From an uncultured Planctomycetales bacterium (GTDB lineage Bacteria > Omnitrophota > Gorgyraeia > Gygaellales > Profunditerraquicolaceae), in assembly GCA_964354795.1 (NCBI GenBank), contig CAYHBB010000014.1, positions 17,249 to 81,248 of the forward strand: a stretch of DNA of 64,000 bases, given 5' to 3'. Made by a program: the position numbers and the translations under genes. The notes below the pieces were generated by a model that did not search any database, was not told the DNA's origin, and worked only from the letters and a program-made list of their open reading frames with translations. Below, piece after piece: positions 28,804 to 36,421 of the stretch; position 1 is the stretch's first letter, and the number at the start of each line of letters is the position of its first letter.

Positions 28804-29723
28804 TATTCCGCTCCCAATAATTTTATCAGTATCGCTTTTTGCACATGCATCCTGTTCTCCGCCTCATCAAAGACCACCGAATTAGGGCTGTCCATAGCCT
28901 CATCGGATATCTCTTCACCCCTGTGCGCGGGCAGGCAATGCATGATCAGACAGTTTTTCTTGGCCAGCTTCATCAAAGTACTGTTAACCTGATAATCCTT
29001 GAATATTTCCTTCCTCTCCTTTGCTTCTTGTTCCTGGCCCATACTGGCCCAGACATCGGTATACAAGATATCGGCATCTTTCACCGCCTGCAAAGGATCG
29101 TTAAAAAGTTCGACCTTGACGCCAAATTTTGCGGCAATAGCCTTGGCGTCGCTCAACACGCCGCTATCCGGCTCATATCCTTTAGGACAACCCACATGCA
29201 TATTCATGCCCGCCTTAGCGCAGGCAAACAATAATGAATTACAGACATTGTTGCCGTCGCCAACGTAGGCCAGAGTTATGCCTTTCAATTTCTTAAACTT
29301 TTCCTTTACGGTATAAACATCTGCCAGGGCCTGGCAGGGATGCGAAAAATCCGACAATCCGTTTATCACCGGGACAGTGGCGAATTTAGCCAGCTCCACC
29401 ACATTTTTATGCTCAAAAGTCCTTAAGACTATTCCATCGACATAACGCGAAAGAGTCTTAGCCACATCCTCGACTGTCTCCCTCACTCCCAGGTTGATCT
29501 CATTAGGAGCCAGGTATATGGAATTACCTCCCAGCTGATACATGCCGACAGAAAAAGACACCCGCGTCCTGTTGGAAGGCTTCTGAAAGATCAAAGCCAA
29601 TGTCTTTCCGGCCAACACCTTGCTGAACTTGGCCTTATTATCTTTAAGCTTATCAGTCAGGCTGAAAATATCTTCGATTTCCTTGGAACTTAAGTCTTTG
29701 ATAGTCACTAAGTCTTTTTTCAT
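28803..29723 (-). CDS. argF: Ornithine carbamoyltransferase
   Basis: 306 aa. SNRTRVSF (STRTR-type) carbamoyl-phosphate motif, HCLP motif MHCLPAHRGEE. Confidence 0.9.
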   Translation of the reverse strand: MKKDLVTIKDLSSKEIEDIFSLTDKLKDNKAKFSKVLAGKTLALIFQKPSNRTRVSFSVGMYQLGGNSIYLAPNEINLGVRETVEDVAKTLSRYVDGIVLRTFEHKNVVELAKFATVPVINGLSDFSHPCQALADVYTVKEKFKKLKGITLAYVGDGNNVCNSLLFACAKAGMNMHVGCPKGYEPDSGVLSDAKAIAAKFGVKVELFNDPLQAVKDADILYTDVWASMGQEQEAKERKEIFKDYQVNSTLMKLAKKNCLIMHCLPAHRGEEISDEAMDSPNSVVFDEAENRMHVQKAILIKLLGAE

Positions 29724-30916
29724 ATGTCCTTTAATACCTCATCCAGTAAATTTATCGCCTTATCGATATCTTTCTTAGTGATATTCAGCGCCGGCATCAG
29801 CCTTAAGACCGTATCATGGGTGCAATTGATCAAAAGGCCCTTCTCCACACACTTCTCAACAATCATTTTTCCCGGCATATTCAATTCCACACCGATCATC
29901 AGGCCCAGGCCCCTCACTTCTTTGATCACGCTGAATTTATTTTTTAGGCCATTTAGCTTGGCAAATAAATACTCGCCCATCTTAGTGGCGTTAGCCAAGA
30001 GTTTTTCTTTCTGAATAGCCACCAGCACAGCAAGCGCTGCCCGAGAGATAACCAGCCCTCCGCCGAAAGTAGAAGCGTGTGTACCCGGCTGCAAGGTGTC
30101 GGCTATCTCTTTTTTGACCACCATCATGCCTATCGGCAATCCGCCGCCCAATGCCTTAGCCAAAGTCATAATATCCGGAATGATCCCGTAGTGCTGATAG
30201 CAAAAAAGCTTTCCTGTCCTGCCTATTCCGGTCTGCACCTCATCAACGATCAAGAGCATCTTCCTCTCATCGCAGATCGACCTTAGCTCCTGCACAAAGC
30301 TCTTATCCGCGACATTGATCCCGCCCTCCCCCTGGATCAATTCCAGCATTATCGCCACTGTCTTATCGTTAATGGCGGCCTTAACCGCCAAAATGTCATT
30401 GAATTTCACCGTCTTGAACCCTTCAACCAAAGGCGCGAACCCCTCCTGATATTTCTTCTGGCCTGTCGCGGTCAGCGTAGCCAAAGTCCTGCCGTGAAAG
30501 GAATTATCAAAAGTGATTATCTCAAATCTTCCCTGCCCGAACTTCCGGGATAATTTGATCGCGCCCTCATTAGCTTCGGCCCCGGAGTTACAAAAGAAGA
30601 CTTTAGCAGGATATGTCCAGTAAACCATTTCCCGGGCAAGCTTCGCCTGGGGGATCTGATAATAGTTATTCGGGATGAATATAAGTTTGTCAACCTGATC
30701 CCTGACTGCCTGCATCACTTTCGGATGGCAATGGCCGAGATTACCCACTCCCCAGCCAGGGAAGAAATCAAGGTAAGCTTTGCTATGAATATCCCAAAGC
30801 TTTGAGCCCTTACCCTTGACAAACACCAGAGGCACCTTGGTGTAAGTAGGCATTATATTTTCGCTATAAGACTCCAGTATTTCTTCTTTAGTCATCTCAA
30901 ATAAATTACCAATCAC
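29720..30916 (-). CDS. argD: Acetylornithine aminotransferase
   Basis: 398 aa. Class III aminotransferase, DEVQTGIGRTG PLP-Lys region. Confidence 0.9.
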   Translation of the reverse strand: MIGNLFEMTKEEILESYSENIMPTYTKVPLVFVKGKGSKLWDIHSKAYLDFFPGWGVGNLGHCHPKVMQAVRDQVDKLIFIPNNYYQIPQAKLAREMVYWTYPAKVFFCNSGAEANEGAIKLSRKFGQGRFEIITFDNSFHGRTLATLTATGQKKYQEGFAPLVEGFKTVKFNDILAVKAAINDKTVAIMLELIQGEGGINVADKSFVQELRSICDERKMLLIVDEVQTGIGRTGKLFCYQHYGIIPDIMTLAKALGGGLPIGMMVVKKEIADTLQPGTHASTFGGGLVISRAALAVLVAIQKEKLLANATKMGEYLFAKLNGLKNKFSVIKEVRGLGLMIGVELNMPGKMIVEKCVEKGLLINCTHDTVLRLMPALNITKKDIDKAINLLDEVLKDI

Positions 30917-30926
30917 TAGTTACCAG

Positions 30927-31781
30927 TTACTTAACTATTTCCGTACCCACGCCCTGGTTGGTGAATATTTCAAGCAATAATCCGTGCGGCGTGCGAGCGT
31001 CTACCACGTGCGTCTTGCCTACCCCCCCCTCAAGCGCGTCAATACAAGCCTTGACCTTGGGGATCATCCCCTGCTGCACTACCTTATTCTCCATCAGTCC
31101 GTTTGCTTCTTTGGTAGTCAGCGTGGAAAGAAATGAATTCGGATCATCGGGATTACGCATGATCCCTTTTACATTGGTCAACAAAACAAATTTCTCCGCC
31201 TTTAATGCCACGGCAATATGCGAAGCTGCCTCATCCGCATTGACGTTATAGGTCAACTTGTCCTTACCTACACCCATGGGAAGCACGACGGGGATCCTGT
31301 CGCTCTTAAGCTCATTTAGAATAGGCTCAGGATTGATGCCGGAAATCTGCCCTACCAGCCCAAGGTCCACCTTGCCCTTCTTCTTATCAGCCTGCACCAG
31401 CTGATGCTCCTTGCCATTTAATCCCACAGCCTTTGCCCCCAGCTCATTTAATTCTTTAACGATCAGATCATTGAGGCTCTTAAGCTCCTCCTCGACCACC
31501 ACCAGTGTCTCCTCGTCAGTAACGCGCATCCCGTCCACAAAATCCGTTTTCTTGCCGCTCTGACGCATGCGGTCGCTTATGTTTGGCCCGCCGCCGTGGA
31601 CCAACACCGGCTCTAAGCCCATGAAATTAAGAAAAACTATGTCTTCGAGAACACTCCGGCGGATCTTCTCATCACCCAAAATACTACCGCCATACTTGAT
31701 CACAACGACCTTCTTATGGAATTTCTTTATATAAGGTAACGCCTCGATTAAAACTTCCGCCTTCTTGATCGCTTCTTCCAT
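30927..31781 (-). CDS. argB: Acetylglutamate kinase
   Basis: 284 aa. VIKYGGS...VHGGGP amino-acid kinase motifs. Confidence 0.9.
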   Translation of the reverse strand: MEEAIKKAEVLIEALPYIKKFHKKVVVIKYGGSILGDEKIRRSVLEDIVFLNFMGLEPVLVHGGGPNISDRMRQSGKKTDFVDGMRVTDEETLVVVEEELKSLNDLIVKELNELGAKAVGLNGKEHQLVQADKKKGKVDLGLVGQISGINPEPILNELKSDRIPVVLPMGVGKDKLTYNVNADEAASHIAVALKAEKFVLLTNVKGIMRNPDDPNSFLSTLTTKEANGLMENKVVQQGMIPKVKACIDALEGGVGKTHVVDARTPHGLLLEIFTNQGVGTEIVK

Positions 31782-31791
31782 CTTTTCCTCT

Positions 31792-32928
31792 CTAATTATA
31801 CTCCGCGTTGATCTTTATATACTCCGGAGTCAGATCCGACGTGTATACGGTCGCTTTAGCGCTGCCCGTATTTAAGAATACCTCTACAAAAATGTCCCTT
31901 TTCTTAAGGGGGCTTACTTTTATCCTGAACAAATCTTCCTTCATATCCACTCTACTTGCTCCTACTGCCGCGACGATCCTGCCGAAATTCGGATTCTCTC
32001 CGTAAATAGCGGTCTTGAAAAGGTTGGAGTTAGCTATGGCCAAAGCAGCTGTCTTAGCCTGGGCCGCGCTCTTTGCCTTATTCACAGTGATCTGAATAAA
32101 TTTAGTAGTTCCCTCGCCATCCCTGACGATCATCTTAGCCAGCTCAAGGCAGACGATATTAAGCGCCTTGGTAAAACCGACAAGATCTTTACCGCTATTG
32201 ATCAATTTATTTTCACTTGAGCCGTTCGCCAGGATCATCACGCTATCGTTAGTACTCATGCAACCATCCACCGTGATGCAGTTAAAACTCACCGACACGC
32301 ATAAATCCAAAGCCTTATCTAAAGCGGCCTGCGAAATATTCGCATCGGTAAATATAAAAGCGAACATCGTGGCCATATTCGGCGCGATCATTCCCGCGCC
32401 CTTTGCCACGCCACAGACAGTCACAACTTTACCGCCGAGGGAAAGCTTAACAGAGATTTCCTTGGCAAAAAGGTCGGTGGTCATGATCGCCTTTTTTGCC
32501 CTGTCTATCCCCCGCTGGGAAAGCCCGCTGACTAGCTGCGGGATACCGTCAATGATCTTTGAAACCTGGAGTCTCTTGCCGATAACGCCGGTAGAGTTGA
32601 TCAATACCCGCTCTTTTTTTATCCCTAGAGCCTTGGAAACAGCTTTCGTGGTGTCCATTGCGTCCTTTAGCCCGGCAGCCCCGGTAAAGCAATTAGCGTT
32701 CCCGGAGTTTGCGATCACCGCCTGAAACACTTTGCTTTTGGCAAGGTGCTGCTTGCTTATCTTAAGGGGCGAAGCCTGAACAGTATTAGTAGTAAACTTG
32801 CAGGAGGCTTTGGCAGGGATCTCGGAATAAAACAACGCCAGGTCGGGCTTGCCGGATTTCTTCAGGCCGCAGGCGATTCCGTTTGCCTTGAACCTCTTGG
32901 GAAGCAGAGCTTTAATAAATACCTTCAT
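31792..32928 (-). CDS. argJ: Bifunctional glutamate N-acetyltransferase / amino-acid acetyltransferase
   Basis: 378 aa. ArgJ family with autoproteolytic-site region ...PNMATMFAFIFTDA. Confidence 0.9.
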   Translation of the reverse strand: MKVFIKALLPKRFKANGIACGLKKSGKPDLALFYSEIPAKASCKFTTNTVQASPLKISKQHLAKSKVFQAVIANSGNANCFTGAAGLKDAMDTTKAVSKALGIKKERVLINSTGVIGKRLQVSKIIDGIPQLVSGLSQRGIDRAKKAIMTTDLFAKEISVKLSLGGKVVTVCGVAKGAGMIAPNMATMFAFIFTDANISQAALDKALDLCVSVSFNCITVDGCMSTNDSVMILANGSSENKLINSGKDLVGFTKALNIVCLELAKMIVRDGEGTTKFIQITVNKAKSAAQAKTAALAIANSNLFKTAIYGENPNFGRIVAAVGASRVDMKEDLFRIKVSPLKKRDIFVEVFLNTGSAKATVYTSDLTPEYIKINAEYN

Positions 32929-33942
32929 TTACAGCAACGCTGTGGTCTCAGGGAACTTGTACATGATGTTCATATTCTGTACAGCCTGTCCCGACGCGCC
33001 TTTCAGTAAGTTGTCGATCGCAGAGATCACTATCACGCTCTTCGCGTCTTCCTTGATCCCGATATCGCAGAAATTCGTGCCCACAACATCCTTGAGCCTG
33101 GGAAACTCCCCCTCACTCTTTATCCGAACGAATGGCTCTAACTTGTAGAATCTTTTATAAAGATTAGTCAAATTCTGCGTCCTGCCTGTTTTCCTGACAT
33201 AAATAGTGCTCAGGAGGCCTTTTTGCAGGGGCAAAATATGCGGCACAAAAGTAACACTGACACTTTTACCGGCAAGCCTGGTAAGAATAGAGTTTATCTC
33301 GGGCATGTGCTGATGGGCATTTACTTTATACGCCCTGAAATCCTCATTCACCTCTAAGAACATCAGCCCCTTCTCAAGTTTCTTTCCCGCGCCAGACACG
33401 CCGGACTTAGCGTCGATAATGATCGATTCCTTATCGATCAAACCAAGGGCGACGAGCGGCGCAAGCGCCAAAATCGCTGAAGTCGGGTAACACCCCGGAT
33501 TGGCCACAAGCTTCGCTTTCTTGATATTCACCCTGTAAAGCTCCGGCAAACCGTAAACCGCATTCCTAAGATTAGCCGCGTCTTTATGTTTAGCATGATA
33601 AAACTTCTCGAATACTTTTATGTTCTTCAGCCGGTAATCAGCGCTCAGGTCAATGACTTTCTTGCCAAGCTTGAGGATCTTGGGCGCGAAATTCATGGAA
33701 ACAGTATGCGGCAAGGCCAGGAATACGAGGTCGCAATGATTTGCGATATCCTTCATATCCGGCTTTGTGCAGGTAAGCTCACACCTTCCTTTGAATTGAG
33801 GAAAAACATCTGAGATCTTCTGGGGCTCATCACTTGTGTTATAAAGCCTAGAGATGCGCACATCAGGATGCTTAAGAAGAACGACTATCAGTTCTTCTCC
33901 TGTATGCCCCGTCGCCCCGATTATCCCTACATTTATTGTCAT
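32929..33942 (-). CDS. argC: N-acetyl-gamma-glutamyl-phosphate reductase
   Basis: 337 aa. VGIIGATGHTGEEL...catalytic Cys in NPGCYPTS. Confidence 0.9.
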   Translation of the reverse strand: MTINVGIIGATGHTGEELIVVLLKHPDVRISRLYNTSDEPQKISDVFPQFKGRCELTCTKPDMKDIANHCDLVFLALPHTVSMNFAPKILKLGKKVIDLSADYRLKNIKVFEKFYHAKHKDAANLRNAVYGLPELYRVNIKKAKLVANPGCYPTSAILALAPLVALGLIDKESIIIDAKSGVSGAGKKLEKGLMFLEVNEDFRAYKVNAHQHMPEINSILTRLAGKSVSVTFVPHILPLQKGLLSTIYVRKTGRTQNLTNLYKRFYKLEPFVRIKSEGEFPRLKDVVGTNFCDIGIKEDAKSVIVISAIDNLLKGASGQAVQNMNIMYKFPETTALL

Positions 33943-34002
33943 ATTTTGCTCCTTAAATTTTCCTGCATTTTACTGCCGGAAAATTACCCCGAAGCCTGCG
34001 CA

Positions 34003-34023
34003 GTCAATTTCGAAGAAATTGAC
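34003..34023. promoter_or_regulatory. Perfect palindrome GTCAATTTC-gaa-GAAATTGAC in the argC leader; candidate ArgR-type operator
   Basis: gtcaatttcgaagaaattgac, 9/9 inverted repeat around a 3-nt centre. Lies between the arg promoter and the argC ATG. TCAAT...ATTGA half-sites are reminiscent of ARG boxes. Confidence 0.35.
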
Positions 34024-34058
34024 AAGCGCCTAGGCGAGGGGTTAAATACATATCGTCC

Positions 34059-34087
34059 ATAATAGTGTAAAATCCGTCGGTAGTCAA
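34059..34087 (-). promoter_or_regulatory. Sigma70-like promoter of the arg-lys-dap superoperon (TTGACT-17-TATTAT)
   Basis: Plus agtcaa 34082-34087 and ataata 34059-34064; 17-nt spacer; about 115 nt upstream of the argC ATG. Confidence 0.4.
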
Positions 34088-34099
34088 GTATTTTCTCGT

Positions 34100-34480
34100 C
34101 GATAATACCAACTAAATATTACTACACAGCGTCTCGCTAAACACTCATGGCGGGTTGGCTTGTCTTGTTTCTCGCTGACTAGGGTTATCGCCTGCCTTGT
34201 CCTGTTTCTCGCGGGGGCGCTCGTTTTGCCCCTGCGAGGCAAAACTTCGCTCGGCCTGCGGACCTCGCTCTCACCTGCAAGTGATAGCGGGTGATCCATG
34301 CCCGCTCGGTTCCTCGGACGCCCCGCTCGAAATCAGGCCAAGTCAGCCGCTAACAACAAGCTTGCTGATAAATGGTAGGTTTAGCGGGTGGCTTGGCTTG
34401 ATCCGAGCACGGCCATAAGCCGCGCGCAGGACAAGCCAAGACAGGACCCGCTAAACCCTAGAGTCGCCCCAGCTTTTTAT
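34100..34480. other. GC-rich, hairpin- and repeat-dense intergenic element of about 380 nt; candidate structured ncRNA of unassigned family
   Basis: GC well above the flanks. Long hairpin 34376-34462 (ggtttagcgggtggcttggcttg...caagccaagacaggacccgctaaacc). Hairpins gttttgcc/ggcaaaac and agcggg/cccgct. Repeated motifs CGCTAAAC (x4), CTTGTCYTGTTTCTCGC (x2), CGCTCG (x5). Bounded by the bidirectional terminator at 34491-34524. Confidence 0.3.
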
Positions 34481-34490
34481 AGAACCGTCC

Positions 34491-34524
34491 AAATAAAAAA
34501 CCCCGCTTTCCAGCGGAGTTTTTG
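34491..34524 (-). terminator. Rho-independent (bidirectional) terminator downstream of rpsI
   Basis: aaaaaaccccgc-tttcca-gcgg-ag-tttttg: hairpin flanked by an A-run and a T-run, 40 nt after the rpsI stop. Confidence 0.55.
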
Positions 34525-34565
34525 TTGTAATCTACTTTTTCTGACGCTACGTCTTTAATTCTCCT

Positions 34566-34961
34566 TTAACGTTTCGTCCACTGGAAGCGTTTGCGAGCGC
34601 CTTTCTGCCCGTACTTTTTGCGCTCTTTTGCGCGCGGGTCGCGGGTCAAATAGCCATTCTTACGCAGCATATCCTTTAGCTCAGAATCAGCCATGACCAA
34701 TGCGCGGGATATCCCCAAACGAATTGCCCCGGCCTGGCCGGTAAGGCCACCACCGTTAAGATTAGCTATCACATCAAACTTAGCCGTGGTATTGGTCAAT
34801 ACCAAAGGCTGCGTGACAATGATCCTGTCAGTTTCCCTCAGGAAATATTTGTTGTACGGCAAAGAATTGACCGTGATAGTGCCTTTGCCGTGCAAAAGCT
34901 GCACCCGCGCCACTGATTCCTTACGTCTTCCGATTGCCGAGAATTTTGTTGCCTGTTCCAT
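34566..34961 (-). CDS. rpsI: 30S ribosomal protein S9
   Basis: 131 aa. ...[12 protein letters not shown]...[19 protein letters not shown]...[17 protein letters not shown]. Confidence 0.95.
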   Translation of the reverse strand: MEQATKFSAIGRRKESVARVQLLHGKGTITVNSLPYNKYFLRETDRIIVTQPLVLTNTTAKFDVIANLNGGGLTGQAGAIRLGISRALVMADSELKDMLRKNGYLTRDPRAKERKKYGQKGARKRFQWTKR

Positions 34962-35004
34962 AAATTATTTGGCCCTTTCTTTATAGGATAGAAAGGCCAG
35001 CCCT

Positions 35005-35442
35005 TTAGGGCTTGACCTCCAGAACTACCGGATTCTGCGCCACCTGCTGGTGCTTATCATCCGCGTAGATTTTCAATTTTTTCAGTAACTGCCTGCCCAG
35101 CGGCCCGCCGGGAAGCATGCGCCTGATTGCCAACCTCATCACTGTCGCCGGCTTCTTGGCTAAAAGCGTTTCCAGAGTGACTTCACGCAAGCCGCCCGGA
35201 TAACCCGAATAGCGGCGATAAACCTTTTGGGACATCTTTCGGCCGGTGACCTTGATCTTGGCGGCGTTTATGATCACTACGCCGTCTCCGGTATCAAGAT
35301 GCGGGCTGAATATCGGCTTATGCTTTCCGCGCAAGATTACTGCTACTTTAGCTGCAACTCTGCCCAGAATCTTATCCTTAGCGTCAATTATGAACCACTC
35401 TCTCTTGATATCACCTTTTTTAGCAACGTATGTCTTATTCAT
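35005..35442 (-). CDS. rplM: 50S ribosomal protein L13
   Basis: 145 aa. KREWFIIDAKDKILGRVAAKVAVILRGKHKP... Confidence 0.95.
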   Translation of the reverse strand: MNKTYVAKKGDIKREWFIIDAKDKILGRVAAKVAVILRGKHKPIFSPHLDTGDGVVIINAAKIKVTGRKMSQKVYRRYSGYPGGLREVTLETLLAKKPATVMRLAIRRMLPGGPLGRQLLKKLKIYADDKHQQVAQNPVVLEVKP

Positions 35443-35524
35443 TTTTACATTCCTACCTTATAAATAAAGCTCACCAGACATTCTTTGCCCCTCTGATCAG
35501 CCTGTCTAGAACAATAGGTGGTAA

Positions 35525-35552
35525 AGTATAACACAATTAATACCTTAGTCAA
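35525..35552 (-). promoter_or_regulatory. Sigma70-like promoter for rplM-rpsI (TTGACT-16-TATACT)
   Basis: Minus-strand ttgactaaggtattaattgtgttatact, about 75 nt upstream of the rplM ATG. Confidence 0.45.
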
Positions 35553-35638
35553 ATAAAATCTTTATAATTCTTTTTAGGCCGACTAGACCTTTCTGGGCTA
35601 GACCTTTTTTATAGGATAAAAAGTCTGCCCTTTCTGGG

Positions 35639-36418
35639 CTATACCCTTAGATACTTACGGGACATGCCGACAATGAATAGCGGGGTAATAAAAACTCCGC
35701 AAAACGCCTCAATCATGGCAAGAGCCCTGGTAAGGCCTATTGGGTTGATATCCCCATAACCTACAGTTGTAAAAGTTATAGCGCTGAAATACATCGCGCT
35801 GAAAATGTTGGGCCGGAACACCTCATTATCAGCCTCAAGCCTGCCAAACGTATACAAAAACGCCATTGCAAAGATTATCAAGATGGCGAATAAAAACGTC
35901 CTCAGCGGCCGCTCTCCGTAACCCCAGAGCATCGCGGCAAAAGTAAGGCCCAGCCAGTGATATGTTCGCTTTAATATCTCATGCGTCCACTTCTGACCCT
36001 TGCCTGTGCTGATATTATGGATCCTCTTAGGATTAAAAATACTAAACATCAGGTACCTGCGCTGCGACTCCTTGGAAGCGTAAAAACAATCCGAATATTT
36101 CATAAACTCCATATCTTTTTCATAATTGATCGCGGCATACCTGTAGAGCAATGCGGCATACTCATAGTCCCCCGCTTTCTCCGCCTCGGATGCCGCCGAT
36201 TCGTAGGAGATAGCCGCGTTCTGGAGCGCCTTCTCCCCCTGCCTCAGCGCCCAACAGCTTGCCGCGGAAGAGAAGCATAACGACGACTCTTTATGACTGC
36301 CTGCCGCGCTGTAAAGATCACCTGCCTCGCGGAAAGCGTGAAAGGCATCCTCGTATTTTGTCTCGACTAATAAATCGTAAGCCTTCTTTTCAAATACGCG
36401 CGGGTCCTTCTTTTCCAT
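35639..36418 (-). CDS. Potassium channel family protein (2-TM pore domain with TVGYGD filter) with an N-terminal cytoplasmic helical domain
   Basis: 259 aa. C-terminal M1-pore-M2 with FSAITFTTVGYGDINP selectivity filter; N-terminal ~150 aa is helical and soluble. Confidence 0.7.
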   Translation of the reverse strand: MEKKDPRVFEKKAYDLLVETKYEDAFHAFREAGDLYSAAGSHKESSLCFSSAASCWALRQGEKALQNAAISYESAASEAEKAGDYEYAALLYRYAAINYEKDMEFMKYSDCFYASKESQRRYLMFSIFNPKRIHNISTGKGQKWTHEILKRTYHWLGLTFAAMLWGYGERPLRTFLFAILIIFAMAFLYTFGRLEADNEVFRPNIFSAMYFSAITFTTVGYGDINPIGLTRALAMIEAFCGVFITPLFIVGMSRKYLRV

Positions 36419-36421
36419 CGC

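Noticed and set aside
34084-34418. ORFs of 71 and 73 aa inside the GC-rich element (34084..34299 minus; 34197..34418 plus)
   Set aside because: Arg/Pro-rich low-complexity translations typical of GC-rich non-coding sequence. No RBS. They overlap strong hairpins.
34100-34480. Assignment of the GC-rich element as tmRNA or RNase P RNA
   Set aside because: The size fits. But neither strand shows the RNase P P4 motifs (GGAAAGUCCGG / ACAGAACCCGGCUUA) with proper long-range spacing. There is no tRNA-like T-arm or GGGG...CCA acceptor pairing for tmRNA. The candidate tag frame (ANNKLADKW*) lacks the usual hydrophobic LAA-type end. It is kept only as an unassigned structured element.
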